A stretch of 60,976 nt of DNA from a virus (lineage: Duplodnaviria > Caudoviricetes): IMG/VR virus record IMGVR_UViG_3300045999_003786, positions 1 through 60,976 of that record. One strand, 5' to 3'. Positions 34,348 through 44,190 of the stretch are shown here, one piece after another. Within the stretch, counting starts at the first letter, position 1; each line of letters starts with the position of its first letter. The notes under the pieces are model-generated. The model was not told the DNA's origin, made no database searches, and saw only the letters and a list, made by a program, of their open reading frames with translations. The position numbers were made by a program, and so were the translations under genes.

Positions 34348-34716
34348 TTACGCTGCGAAACGCTCTTCGTACTTGCGGATCTCTTCGATCCCATCTGCTT
34401 GATAAGCGCGAGAGCCGTAAGCAGGATCAATCTGATACCAATCCTCCAGTGACAGCTTACCGCCTGATGCCAGCACTTCCTTAGTAGCGGCTGCCAGTGC
34501 CTCGGCTGCGGCTGATGCCGCTTCGCGCACATCAGGGAAGAACACAAAACCCTCTTCGTCTACCACGACCTCTGCGCCCTTGAAGTATTCGTAAGAGGCC
34601 CATCGACGACCAGCGCCATTCTCCACAACCACATAAAAGCCTTCTGCCGAAAACTGTGTGCCGTCGTTGGTACGACCGGCTTCGTACAAATCGCTGACTG
34701 CTGCTACCGTAAACAT
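34348..34716 (-). CDS. Hypothetical protein
   Basis: Start MFTVAAV at 34716; W...DPAYGS.AY motif; upstream TATTAT -10 element. Confidence 0.7.
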   Translation of the reverse strand: MFTVAAVSDLYEAGRTNDGTQFSAEGFYVVVENGAGRRWASYEYFKGAEVVVDEEGFVFFPDVREAASAAAEALAAATKEVLASGGKLSLEDWYQIDPAYGSRAYQADGIEEIRKYEERFAA

Positions 34717-34857
34717 CTTGCCACCCCTTTTCGCTGCCCGCCCGATTGCGGAACTGGAATGTATAATACTCAAGACTGTGTTATATGTACACACAATTTG
34801 CACAATCGTTTCTATAAATAGCCGCGTTCTGATTTGTTTTGTGTATCGCATAGCAGG

Positions 34858-35169
34858 CTAATCAGCCAGCTTGATGATGTACCGAGCGTGCTCTTCTACG
34901 GTCGCGTAGGAGCTCTTAATCTTGTCCGCCCGCTCCGGGTCCGAAAAGGACAGCACCCTGCAGTACTCCTGCACGATCAGCGCGCCGACAATTTTCGTTA
35001 GCGGCGCATCGTAAAAGTCGGCCATTTCGCGCAGCATATAGTAATGGTCCGGTCGTGTAGCCACGGCGGTCACGTGTTTTTTGACAAAATTCACTCCGAG
35101 CTTCGGGCCCGTCCGGAGAGACAGTCGCGACCTGACGGTTTTTTTTCTCGGTCTATTTTGCTCTGTCAT
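34858..35169 (-). CDS. Hypothetical protein (possible RHH-like)
   Basis: Coupled to the TerS-like gene. Confidence 0.6.
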   Translation of the reverse strand: MTEQNRPRKKTVRSRLSLRTGPKLGVNFVKKHVTAVATRPDHYYMLREMADFYDAPLTKIVGALIVQEYCRVLSFSDPERADKIKSSYATVEEHARYIIKLAD

Positions 35170-35921
35170 GAACTCTGCCCCCTTCGTCTCTCAGCCCGCT
35201 CTTCCTCGGCTCGCTTGCGCTGATCCTCCGCCATCTGCCTAATAATGATGGAGCCCTCGTCTTCGTCGTCGCCCTCGTCATCATCTATTATGTCCTGATC
35301 GGAGGCGTCGTCCTCGCCAACCGCGCCGTCCTCATCGTCTTCTGCAAGCTCGTCCGCAATCGGCGTGACATCGATGATTTTCGCAGGGTCTCCGTACATG
35401 GCCTTGATCTCCTCCAACTTCCTGCGCACCTCCTCCGCGCTCATAGTGTCGATAGTGCCGTGGCGGATCTCCTTGCGCTCGACGTAGATCGTGCCCAGTG
35501 CCTGCCCCCGGCGGTACTCCGCCTGCACGGCTGCACTGTAGTTGCCGGCCTCCAGAGCGCGGTCCCGAATGTCCTGCATGTCCCGCATGTGCCGTTCAAA
35601 TGTCGTGCCGTATCTTTCCGCAAGGTCCTGCCGGTAGCGCTGGATTGCCGCAACGACGTGCGGACTTTGCCGAGGATCTGTCAGTCGATAAGACATCTCG
35701 GCGGCGCTCGATTCAGCATAGCCGGCAGCAAGAGCCGCCTGTACCAAGGTTTTTTTCCCGTCGCCATCACAGAGTTCCTGAATGAATTTCCAGTGCTGAG
35801 GCGTGACAGTTCTGGTCTGCTCTGCCAACGGCTTTACCGGCGTGTTAAGCCTTTCTGCCAGTTTTTTAATTTTAATTGGCGATTTATTAAAAATCTTTTT
35901 CATGGATCGTTCTTTTGTCAC
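35166..35921 (-). CDS. terS: Terminase small subunit-like protein
   Basis: TPQH.KF...QAALAAGYAE.SA.....L..P.V..AI HTH, then RD.AL..GNYSAAV.AE..RG...G.YVERKE; acidic tail. Confidence 0.65.
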   Translation of the reverse strand: MTKERSMKKIFNKSPIKIKKLAERLNTPVKPLAEQTRTVTPQHWKFIQELCDGDGKKTLVQAALAAGYAESSAAEMSYRLTDPRQSPHVVAAIQRYRQDLAERYGTTFERHMRDMQDIRDRALEAGNYSAAVQAEYRRGQALGTIYVERKEIRHGTIDTMSAEEVRRKLEEIKAMYGDPAKIIDVTPIADELAEDDEDGAVGEDDASDQDIIDDDEGDDEDEGSIIIRQMAEDQRKRAEEERAERRRGQSS

Positions 35922-36358
35922 GAAAATTCTCCTTTCACTGACATGATATAATTTTTGCCAGCTTCAGCGCCTTTGGCAACAAACGTCCGATGACCAATGC
36001 TCTCCAGATATTCCATCCAGTCGCGCTGCTCAGCAGAGACGCTGCCGCCCTTTTGCCGCTTAAACTCTATCCACACCAGCCACGCTGGCACAAAAAGATC
36101 TGGTACGCCGGGAGATACTCCCTCAAGTTTAAACCGGCCACCCTCTCGCTGGGATCTGGCGCCGCCGTTTGGAATGGCAAATATGCGGACATCCGCAAAG
36201 CTTTGGCGGAACCACCTGACAAACTCCCGCTGCTCCTCGTGCTCAGTAGGCAGCCTATCTGTGGGCGGTCTTACGCCTACCGCTGCCGCCAGACTCTTCT
36301 TGCTTTTTTTAACAACGCGCCTTAAAACGGCACTCGCAACTCTACCCACTCTGGGCAT
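35918..36358 (-). CDS. VRR-NUC domain nuclease (Holliday junction resolvase candidate)
   Basis: EHEEQ...FAIPNGG.R...K.EGV.PGVPDL...IEFK...G.VS.EQ..W. Confidence 0.88.
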   Translation of the reverse strand: MPRVGRVASAVLRRVVKKSKKSLAAAVGVRPPTDRLPTEHEEQREFVRWFRQSFADVRIFAIPNGGARSQREGGRFKLEGVSPGVPDLFVPAWLVWIEFKRQKGGSVSAEQRDWMEYLESIGHRTFVAKGAEAGKNYIMSVKGEFS

Positions 36359-36507
36359 TTTCCCATCTCCCTTGCAAAGATTTCCGGAACCACCTGCTCA
36401 AACTTTGTGCAAGTGGCGGTAAAAAGCAAAAAATATTCGCATGTAAAGCAACACCTCGGCGGCCTACGCTGATAATATTCGGTGACTTCTTTTGGTTCGC
36501 GATACAT
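36322..36507 (-). CDS. Small Cys-rich protein
   Basis: CCFTC..C..C.EW...VPF; SD AGGAG. Confidence 0.65.
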   Translation of the reverse strand: MYREPKEVTEYYQRRPPRCCFTCEYFLLFTATCTKFEQVVPEIFAREMGKCPEWVELRVPF

Positions 36508-36523
36508 CGATCATCTCCTTGTA

Positions 36524-38128
36524 TTAATCGTCCATCACATCAAAGTCTAAGCTTAAAATCCGATAAAACTTTCCGTCTTTCTTGTAGTGCACATGCGACG
36601 GTTTCCGGCCTCTTTGCATAGCAGCACAGATAGCGCCCATGTCATCATGCTGCATCGCGTCAACAGCGCCAGCATGATTGGCAATAACAGCAAGGCGCTG
36701 AGCTGCTGCCGCGCCAGCATATCCCTCGTGCGACAATGGATAGTAGTCAGTGACAACCGGGTCGGACAGGGCGCCGTAATAGTCAACGGCAATCATCAGC
36801 TTGCCAGAGGTTCGGCTAACATGCTGACGCCAGCGCCAGCTGGTCACAACAAGCTCGGTTGGTCTGAAGCCCATTATATCCACATCACGCAGCTCCAGCT
36901 TTGGCTTGGCCGGTGGAGGGAACGGGGCACCGCAAGCTGGGCAGGTGGTCGCTGATATGTGCACGAGCTCATTGCAGGCGGGGCATGTTTTAACTGGCGC
37001 CTCGCCATCACCCGGCTTCTTTTTATTCGGCGGCACCACCGCAGTGATCGGTCCGTGAGTCTCGACCACACCAGCAAAGTCCAGCACGAGGCAATGATCG
37101 GTGTGGCTTTTGGGTCGCAGTCCACGTCCCGCCATCTGCACGTACAACACCGGCGACATAGTGGCGCGCAGCATTGCAATCAAATCGATGTCCGGGTAAT
37201 CAAAGCCGGTTGTTAACACGTTCACGTTCGTCAGCGCGCGGATGGCTCCTGATTTAAAATCCTCTATGATTTGGTCGCGCTCAACCTTCGGGGTGTCACC
37301 TGTCAGGCATGCAGCAACAATCCCACGATCATTGAGTTCGTCTGCAATGTGCTGAGCATGGTTCACACCAGCGCAAAAAAACAACCACGCCTTGCGGTCT
37401 CCTGCTAAGCTTATGACCTCATCCACAACGGCCATGTTGTGCGTTTCCGTGTCAAAAGCCGCCTGCATCTCGCTCTCAACGTAGTCGCCGGCTCGTTTTT
37501 TAATCCCCTCTGTACTAAGCTTTTCCTTTGTAATCTTCGATCTAAGGGGCATCAAGTACCCCTTGTGGATCAGCTCCTGAATTGTTACGGGCTCAAGCAA
37601 CGCATCAAAAAGCGCGGGCTTGTCAGTGATCATTCCGTGACCGAGCCGGTACGGGGTGGCAGTTAGTCCGATGACGCGCAGGGCTGGATTTACAGCCAAC
37701 AGCGCGCCAATTAACTTTCTGTACCCACCGGCATCTTCGTGCCCGATGAGGTGGCACTCGTCCACAATAATCAGGTCCACGTGCCCAATCTGCTTAGCCT
37801 TATTTCTCACGGACTGAATGCCAGCAAAAGTGATAGGTTCAGTCAGGGTGTTTTTACGTAGCCCGGACGAACAGATACCCAGCGGCGCACCCGGCCAGTG
37901 CTGCAGCATCTTTTCGGCGTTCTGGACAATCAGCTCGCGCACATGCGTCAGCATCAACACGCGAGTCTCAGGCCAGCTCTGGAGCACGTCCTTGCACAAG
38001 GCTGCAACGATATGACTCTTGCCTGACCCTGTTGGCAGCACCATGCAGGGATTGCCGGTGCCGCCGTCGTCAAACCATTGGTAAAGTTGATTGATCGCTC
38101 GCTGTTGATACTCCCGCAGCTCAGTCAT
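36524..38128 (-). CDS. SF2 DEAD/H helicase (RadD/YejH-like) with Zn ribbon
   Basis: LREYQ, PTGSGKS, DECH, TATP, LTTGFD, QMAGRG and CPAC..CPACG. Confidence 0.92.
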   Translation of the reverse strand: MTELREYQQRAINQLYQWFDDGGTGNPCMVLPTGSGKSHIVAALCKDVLQSWPETRVLMLTHVRELIVQNAEKMLQHWPGAPLGICSSGLRKNTLTEPITFAGIQSVRNKAKQIGHVDLIIVDECHLIGHEDAGGYRKLIGALLAVNPALRVIGLTATPYRLGHGMITDKPALFDALLEPVTIQELIHKGYLMPLRSKITKEKLSTEGIKKRAGDYVESEMQAAFDTETHNMAVVDEVISLAGDRKAWLFFCAGVNHAQHIADELNDRGIVAACLTGDTPKVERDQIIEDFKSGAIRALTNVNVLTTGFDYPDIDLIAMLRATMSPVLYVQMAGRGLRPKSHTDHCLVLDFAGVVETHGPITAVVPPNKKKPGDGEAPVKTCPACNELVHISATTCPACGAPFPPPAKPKLELRDVDIMGFRPTELVVTSWRWRQHVSRTSGKLMIAVDYYGALSDPVVTDYYPLSHEGYAGAAAAQRLAVIANHAGAVDAMQHDDMGAICAAMQRGRKPSHVHYKKDGKFYRILSLDFDVMDD

Positions 38129-39156
38129 CCCGTCACCCTCGCATCAAAATTATTTCTCAGATCCGCCAGCACAGGGTCATCAGACAGACACAGACTCAGG
38201 TTAGACAGTAGCTCTGTGCTGTAATAACCGTCCTCGCCGTTGATCACCTGTTTTCCGTCAATCTCATAAATGGCCGACCAGTCGCCAGATCCTCGTACCA
38301 TCCTCCAAGGCACCAGATCCGGATGGACCACATGGCTCGTGCAGCCGTCGTGCTGAGCATCCGTGGGGATGGTTGTATCCCATCGTGCGCAGTGCCAAGT
38401 ACTGTCGTCGCGTGGCGTTGAATGCGCACAGGTTCGGCAGTTGGCCTGCTTTGTTGTCTGTGTCTGGTGGCAAAAACTATGCGCGGGGCAAAATTTGCAG
38501 ATGTACCAAGCTGGAGATGCGCCGGTAATCGGCTCAGGCATACGCTCAGTCAGCGCAATGCGCTGGCCGCGATCCACGTATGCCTTTGCTGATTCTTGGC
38601 ACAGGCGCACCCTCTCGGTATAGATGCGGTCATCGTCCTTGCACACGGCGTAGTACAGCGCCCGGTCCACCTTTGCGCCCAGCATGTAGACTTGCATCTG
38701 AGCCCAATGCAAGGGTTTGGATAGCTGCACACCTTTAGCGGTCAGGTCATTAAAACTTTTCAGGCTGTGTGTCTTGGCCTCAAGGATATGCTTTTTGGCC
38801 GGCGCCTCTGGCACACCTAATTTGATGACACCATCAATGCTGCCGGATACGTGGCAGCCAAAATCAACCCGGCTCTGCTTTTCCCCGGTATCTGTTACAT
38901 GGCAACCAGCCGCTCGGAGGTCGGATACAATGAGATCCTCCTCCAGCTGGCCGCGACGAAACAGTCGCAAGATGCGACCGGGAAACGGCTCAATAACGGC
39001 CCAACGAAACGCCAGCCAGAGCTTGCGCTCGCAGGGCTCTCCAAGCATTGAGCACCCCATGTGGGGCCTTGGGCGCTCTTGTCTTGCCTCGTGCGACGCA
39101 TCAATTAAGCTGGCCAGTGATATCGCTGATTCTGGAATCGCAGTCATCGTAATCAT
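38125..39156 (-). CDS. Cas4-like/PD-(D/E)XK exonuclease
   Basis: S.LG..C.RKLW, G.IDG, LEAKT, QMQVYM and C.FC...C Fe-S-type cysteines. Confidence 0.85.
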   Translation of the reverse strand: MITMTAIPESAISLASLIDASHEARQERPRPHMGCSMLGEPCERKLWLAFRWAVIEPFPGRILRLFRRGQLEEDLIVSDLRAAGCHVTDTGEKQSRVDFGCHVSGSIDGVIKLGVPEAPAKKHILEAKTHSLKSFNDLTAKGVQLSKPLHWAQMQVYMLGAKVDRALYYAVCKDDDRIYTERVRLCQESAKAYVDRGQRIALTERMPEPITGASPAWYICKFCPAHSFCHQTQTTKQANCRTCAHSTPRDDSTWHCARWDTTIPTDAQHDGCTSHVVHPDLVPWRMVRGSGDWSAIYEIDGKQVINGEDGYYSTELLSNLSLCLSDDPVLADLRNNFDARVTG

Positions 39157-39188
39157 GGGGCGGTTGCCCGCCCCCTCCTTTGTTGTTG

Positions 39189-39689
39189 TTACTTTTTAGC
39201 CCAAGGCGGTGAGCCAGCTGGGCTCGGCGCAGGGCGTTGCGCTGGTGCAGGAGCCGGGGGCGCGGCAGGCCGGGGCATTGATCCGCCCTCAATCGCCTTC
39301 CAGCCCTTGACCTCATTGGATGGCTCGTATCCCTCCTGATGGCGGGTCGCCAGCTTAATCTGGCAGTTGTGCCCAACCAGCTGATCCGTGTCAGTCACAC
39401 GGGCCAGTCCAATCGCGCGGCAAAGATCAGCCAGCTGCTGGCGCCCAATCTCCTCGGCCTTGACGTTGGGGTTGTGGACGTTAAAGTTTCCAAACACAAC
39501 GCGCCCTTGATGCGTTGGCCCGGTGATGTCGTAGCGGACCTTGATGTAGTGCCCGGTTCCGGCCTTCGTGGTGCAAAGTTCAGCCTTTGCAATGTGCCCC
39601 GAATACCAGCCATCTGGCAGCGGCGTGTAATCACCGCCGTTGCCTTGAGGTACTTCGGAAACTTCAAACGCTTCGTTCAGTAGTGCCAT
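39189..39689 (-). CDS. DUF669 family ssDNA-binding protein
   Basis: Y.PLP.GWY...GR.VF.N.N...EIG..QL..LC.AIG; Pro-rich tail ending PPWAK. Confidence 0.8.
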   Translation of the reverse strand: MALLNEAFEVSEVPQGNGGDYTPLPDGWYSGHIAKAELCTTKAGTGHYIKVRYDITGPTHQGRVVFGNFNVHNPNVKAEEIGRQQLADLCRAIGLARVTDTDQLVGHNCQIKLATRHQEGYEPSNEVKGWKAIEGGSMPRPAAPPAPAPAQRPAPSPAGSPPWAKK

Positions 39690-39690
39690 T

Positions 39691-40104
39691 TTACTTCTCC
39701 TCTTTCATTGATATTGAAAAGCTGGGTCTCCCCGGCGTTGTGGTAATTGCCTCAAGCAGAGGCTTGGTGATGCTGGCCTCTGCTGATTTCCAGTGCTTTG
39801 CACTGATCTCTGGCTTCCAGCGAAACAGGCTGCCCAGATACTCGGACAGGCCATGCTCTGCAGCAACTTCCTGCAGTCTTGCTGCATCTATCTTGTAGTT
39901 GATGCGACCCACTGTAGAGATCTTGTAAAATCCCGCATCAGTGTTTTTTGTGCCCTCAAAATCGTCTGGCAATTTGATGATGGCGGACATGGCGTCTTCG
40001 ATTTGACGACGCTTATCCTGAGCCGCCTGCTCAGCTGACTTGGCTTCAATCCATTGCTGGCTGAGTTCGTGCAGCTCAAAGGTTTTTTCAGGGTCTCGGT
40101 TCAT
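39691..40104 (-). CDS. Conserved recombination-module protein
   Basis: Start MNRDPE at 40104 (ATGA overlap); W..AK..E...RR.IED, FRWKPEI and PGRPSF. Confidence 0.7.
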   Translation of the reverse strand: MNRDPEKTFELHELSQQWIEAKSAEQAAQDKRRQIEDAMSAIIKLPDDFEGTKNTDAGFYKISTVGRINYKIDAARLQEVAAEHGLSEYLGSLFRWKPEISAKHWKSAEASITKPLLEAITTTPGRPSFSISMKEEK

Positions 40105-40769
40105 GCTGACATCTTCTCTATGATGGCGCCCATGTCCGGTGCTTCCCAAGCGTCGAGCTTTCCTGAGCGATCTTTCGCCAGCCAGATGCCATCCGAGTCG
40201 CACATCAAGGCGCGCTGAGCCTTGCCGTCACCGTCTTTCTCAACCCGCAGCGCCAGCACTTCATCAAAAAAGTAAGGCAGCGACTGCCCCACTTTATTGC
40301 CCGGCATTGATGGGCTGTAGAGAATGCGGCCAGATTCGTCCTGAGCTTTTTCTACCTTGGCGGTCATGAGAACGTGCTTGCCGCCGAGATCGCGAAAGGC
40401 TCGCACAATGGAGGTCATCTGGACCGCCATCTCGCCATAAGCAGCGCGACCATCTTTGTTAACCGCCTTCTCGTGGACCAGCACGACCTCAGCAATCTCG
40501 CTGATGCTGTCCAGCACAACAGACTGGTACTTCTGGCCGTCAGGACCGGAGACATACTCAAACGCCTCCATAAGAGTGTCCATCGAATTGACTTCGATGT
40601 AGTCCAGCCCGGCATCCTTGATGGACAGCAGGCCGCCCTCCGCAGATATAATAATGGGCGCCGGCATCGTCGCGCCCAGCGTGGTTTTGCCCGCACCGGC
40701 ATGACCGTAGACCAGCACTTTAATACCGTTCGACGACACGTCGAGCGTGTTTTTTAATTGTATTGCCAT
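40101..40769 (-). CDS. Sak4-like AAA_24 ATPase / ssDNA annealing recombinase
   Basis: VLVYGHAGAGKTTL, SAEGGL, LDSISE, YFFDEV and AKDRSG. Confidence 0.85.
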   Translation of the reverse strand: MAIQLKNTLDVSSNGIKVLVYGHAGAGKTTLGATMPAPIIISAEGGLLSIKDAGLDYIEVNSMDTLMEAFEYVSGPDGQKYQSVVLDSISEIAEVVLVHEKAVNKDGRAAYGEMAVQMTSIVRAFRDLGGKHVLMTAKVEKAQDESGRILYSPSMPGNKVGQSLPYFFDEVLALRVEKDGDGKAQRALMCDSDGIWLAKDRSGKLDAWEAPDMGAIIEKMSA

Positions 40770-40814
40770 GTAGTTTCTCCCCACCTGCGTTCGGCCAATC
40801 CGGTTGCAGGCGTG

Positions 40815-40848
40815 TTTACATCGTAGTGAGGTTCATTTATATTGTCAA
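40815..40848. promoter_or_regulatory. Overlapping divergent sigma70 promoters
   Basis: Plus strand TTTACA(40815)-17-TATATT; minus strand TTGACA(40848)-17-TACGAT. Confidence 0.75.
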
Positions 40849-40885
40849 CACCCAAAGGTTTAGGAAGTAACAGTGGAACATAATT

Positions 40886-41104
40886 ATGATGACAATTGAT
40901 GAAATAAGGCTGGCCCTTCAGGACCGGCGACTAACGGCAATCGCACAGGCAACCGGCCTGCACTACAACACGGTTATCGCTATCAAGCGCGGCGAACAAC
41001 TCAACCCCTCCTACGACACACTGAGCCGGCTGAGCACCTACCTTTCCACTCCGGCACAAGGCGCCAGCGCGCACACGGGAGCGGACAATGGCCGATCTTA
41101 CTGA
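40886..41104 (+). CDS. Cro-like HTH regulator
   Basis: LQDRRLTAIAQATGLHYNTV..I..G...NPSY.TL..L. Confidence 0.85.
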   Translation: MMTIDEIRLALQDRRLTAIAQATGLHYNTVIAIKRGEQLNPSYDTLSRLSTYLSTPAQGASAHTGADNGRSY

Positions 41105-43136
41105 TATCTTCGGCGGTCCGTGGACGCCCCCGCAGCCCAGCGGCTTTATCATGCCCGAGCCTCCAGAGCTGCAGATGGCAAGCGCCATGCTGGCATCTGG
41201 CATCACGCCACCAGAGAATATTATATTTGACGGTCGCATCCATCGATTCAACAGCGGCACCAAGGGCAAGGCCGGCTTTGACAAGCCCGGATTCTACGTG
41301 GGCTTCTTGGACGGCGTACCGGCGGGCCACTTTGGCTGCTGGAGGGCTGGCATCGAGAGACCGTTTCGCGCAGACGTGGGCCGTAAGCTCACCGTTGCAG
41401 AGGAGATGGCAAACTCCAAGCGCATGTCGGAGGCCAAAAAGCTGCGCGATGCGGAGCTGGTCAAAAGTCGCGAGGTGGCCGCTGATACGGTAGCCGTGAT
41501 CTGGCGCGACGCGGCCACTGCAAGCGCTGACCATCCATACCTAAGCCGCAAGGGCATAGGCTCGCACGGCGCAAGGGTCACGGGTGATGGGCGCCTGATC
41601 GTGCCACTGTTCAACGCCAACGGCGAGCTCTCGTCCCTGCAGTACGTCAGCGCCGACGGGGAGAAGAAGTACCACCCCGGAGCTGCCACCGGCAACTGCT
41701 TCTGGTCCATCGGCACCACCGACTATCTGAGCCTGCCGGGTAAGGGCACCGCCGTCTATCTTGCCGAGGGCTTTGCAACAGCGGCCACCATCCACGAGGT
41801 GACGGGCGCAGCGGTCTTCGTAGCCTACAGCGCAAGCAATCTGGTGCCGGTTGCGGGTATCCTGCGCGAGCGGTACAACGATCTTGTCATCGTGGCCGAC
41901 AATGATGCGTCCGGCGTTGGTCAGCGCTACGCAGAGCAGGCGGCGGCGAAGTATGGTGCGCGGGTCATCATTCCTCCGATTGCGGGTGATGCCAACGACT
42001 ACGCACAGGCTGGGCACGATTTATCTGCCCTGCTGCTCCCCAAGGCAGACGGCTGGCTTATCCCTGCCGACTCCTTCTGCGCCCAGCCCTCCCCCATCGG
42101 CTGGCTGGTCAAGCACTGGCTTCAGCAGAACGCGCTGATAATGGTTCACGGTCCGTCAGGCGGGGGCAAGACCTTTGTGGTGCTGGATATGTGCCTGCGC
42201 ATCGCGACAACCGACCTCGAATCATGGCACGGCAACAAAGTCCGTCCCGGCACAGTCGTCTATCTTGCCGGCGAGGGCCACCACGGCCTGCGAGGCCGCA
42301 TCGCCGCGTGGAAACAGCACCACGGCGCTGGATCCATCGACATGTATCTGTCCAAGGACGGCTGCGACCTCAACACCCCCGAGGGCTACCAGCGCGTGCG
42401 CGACGCCATCCGAGGCGGCGGCAGAAACGGCCAGACCATATCCCCCAGCATCATCGTGGTCGATACCCTGCACCGCTTCCTCTCCGGGGACGAGAACTCC
42501 GCGTCAGACGCCAAAACAATGCTAGACGCCTGCGCAGGGCTCATGAATGAGTTCGCCTGCTCCGTCCTGCTCGTTCACCACACCGGCGTTGCCGACGAGG
42601 CCCAGCACCGCGCCAGAGGATCAAGCGCATGGCGTGGCGCGCTCGACATCGAGATCAGCGTCGTGCCGCCAAGTGTCGATGACGCCCCCATCCAGATCGT
42701 CCAGCGCAAGAGCAAGGACGCCGAGCTCGCTGAGCCGATATTCGTTAACTTACAAAGCGTCCCCATCACCGGCTGGCTGGACGAGGATGGCGAGCAGGTC
42801 ACGTCCGCCGTTATCGTGGCGGCAGAGGCGCCGGCTAAAGCTGAGAAAAAGGACAAGCTCTCGAAGCACAAAAAGCTCTTTGAGTCAGCGTGGTGGCATG
42901 GCGGCGCAGAGGTTCGTGAGGACAAGCCATACGTCAGCAGGTCGGCTTTCTTGGACCACCTGATGGTTAATCAGGGCGTAAGTGAGAGCAGCGCAAAGAT
43001 GTATATAAAACCCTCCGCCGACGGAAAGCCCGTCAACGAGTTGCTGCTTGGAGAGGTTATCGCCGCGCATGAGCATGGCTGGATTATGCTGGATGAGATC
43101 GCTTCTGGCGCTATGTTGATTCGCAAGAATGCCTGA
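41088..43136 (+). CDS. Primase-helicase (TOPRIM + RepA/AAA_25 helicase)
   Basis: HPYL.RKGI, LQY, EGFATA and ADND TOPRIM motifs; GPSGGGKT, YLAGEG, VVDTL, DEN, LVHH.G and RGSSA helicase motifs. Confidence 0.9.
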   Translation: MADLTDIFGGPWTPPQPSGFIMPEPPELQMASAMLASGITPPENIIFDGRIHRFNSGTKGKAGFDKPGFYVGFLDGVPAGHFGCWRAGIERPFRADVGRKLTVAEEMANSKRMSEAKKLRDAELVKSREVAADTVAVIWRDAATASADHPYLSRKGIGSHGARVTGDGRLIVPLFNANGELSSLQYVSADGEKKYHPGAATGNCFWSIGTTDYLSLPGKGTAVYLAEGFATAATIHEVTGAAVFVAYSASNLVPVAGILRERYNDLVIVADNDASGVGQRYAEQAAAKYGARVIIPPIAGDANDYAQAGHDLSALLLPKADGWLIPADSFCAQPSPIGWLVKHWLQQNALIMVHGPSGGGKTFVVLDMCLRIATTDLESWHGNKVRPGTVVYLAGEGHHGLRGRIAAWKQHHGAGSIDMYLSKDGCDLNTPEGYQRVRDAIRGGGRNGQTISPSIIVVDTLHRFLSGDENSASDAKTMLDACAGLMNEFACSVLLVHHTGVADEAQHRARGSSAWRGALDIEISVVPPSVDDAPIQIVQRKSKDAELAEPIFVNLQSVPITGWLDEDGEQVTSAVIVAAEAPAKAEKKDKLSKHKKLFESAWWHGGAEVREDKPYVSRSAFLDHLMVNQGVSESSAKMYIKPSADGKPVNELLLGEVIAAHEHGWIMLDEIASGAMLIRKNA

Positions 43137-43179
43137 GATTACCTAAAGGCGGCTCATAAAAGCACTGTATAAATATTCA

Positions 43180-43296
43180 GGTAACTAAGGTAACTTTTTG
43201 TCGGTAACTATAGTTACCGAAGGGGGGGCAAAACAGCCGTAAACGGTAACTGGTAACTACCCCCTTTCTATAGAAGGGGGAGTTACCTTAGTTACC
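43180..43296. repeat. Putative replication origin: GGTAACT iterons and palindromes
   Basis: Five GGTAACT and three AGTTACC copies; perfect 20-bp palindrome 43201-43220; immediately downstream of the primase. Confidence 0.75.
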
Positions 43297-43321
43297 GTAC
43301 GGATGCGGGGGGTGAGTTTAT

Positions 43322-43403
43322 GGCAAGGACTATTTGGTAAGGACTATTTGACAAGAACCGTTCGGCAAGGCAAAGACCATTCAGTAAGGCAAAGATTGTT
43401 TAG
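43322..43403 (+). repeat. Degenerate direct repeats (AAGGACTATTTG x2, AAGGCAAAGA x2)
   Basis: Seen directly in the sequence. Confidence 0.6.
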
Positions 43404-43750
43404 TGAACACACTATCAAAAAACCCTATGGGGATAACAATGAGAACTTATCGCGGAAATCATCCTGACATCGAGGCGCAATGGTTGCAGCTCAATTACGA
43501 CATCCATGCAGACGGGTGTGACTGGTCAGTTTATGAAAAAGAGCAAGAGCACTCCCAGCAATGGCGATACTATAAAATTGTGGCGGCTGACAAAGCTCCG
43601 CTGAAGGCTAATTATTGGTTTGCCAAAAACTTGGTTACTGGTCAGATTGGATATAACAGAGACATGGCGATGATGCGCAAAACTCGGCCAAGCCTCCATG
43701 CCAAGGTTGAGCAGGCACTGGCGGACAGAGCAGCTAAGCTCAAAGGTTAA
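43403..43750 (+). CDS. Hypothetical protein (start may be 43439)
   Basis: KANYW motif; isolated ORF. Confidence 0.6.
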   Translation: MNTLSKNPMGITMRTYRGNHPDIEAQWLQLNYDIHADGCDWSVYEKEQEHSQQWRYYKIVAADKAPLKANYWFAKNLVTGQIGYNRDMAMMRKTRPSLHAKVEQALADRAAKLKG

Positions 43751-44177
43751 ACGCCAAAGACCACCAAGGAAGCCGCTGAAGACAACCAAGGGAAAAAGGC
43801 TTCCATTAAAGCACCACAGGCACTTGAATAATGATCGGAAAAGCAGTTGGATTTGGCTCAAAAGAGGCCGGATTCATCGAAAAAGTTGAACGATAAAACT
43901 CGCGGGCGGCGTTCATAAATATAAGTGACTGATCCCAATGGATTATACTGCAATCTACTGGATGAAACGGCGCTGCGGGAGGGATGGGGGAGTGTGGGGG
44001 GAACTGGGAATAGGCCAGATAGCCAGTGTCGGTGGCCAAAACGCCCGCATTGCTGTGCCCCCCCCTTGCGTCCCGAGGGGGCCGGAATCGATGGGAACGG
44101 ATGGGAATCGGTGGGAACGGATGGGTGCCGACCACAAGATGTAGTGTTTCGGGTATGGAGAGTGTGATGAAAACACG

Positions 44178-44190
44178 TAAGTCATTGATA
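44178..44190 (-). promoter_or_regulatory. IHF consensus site
   Basis: Minus strand TATCAATGACTTA matches WATCAANNNNTTR. Confidence 0.5.
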
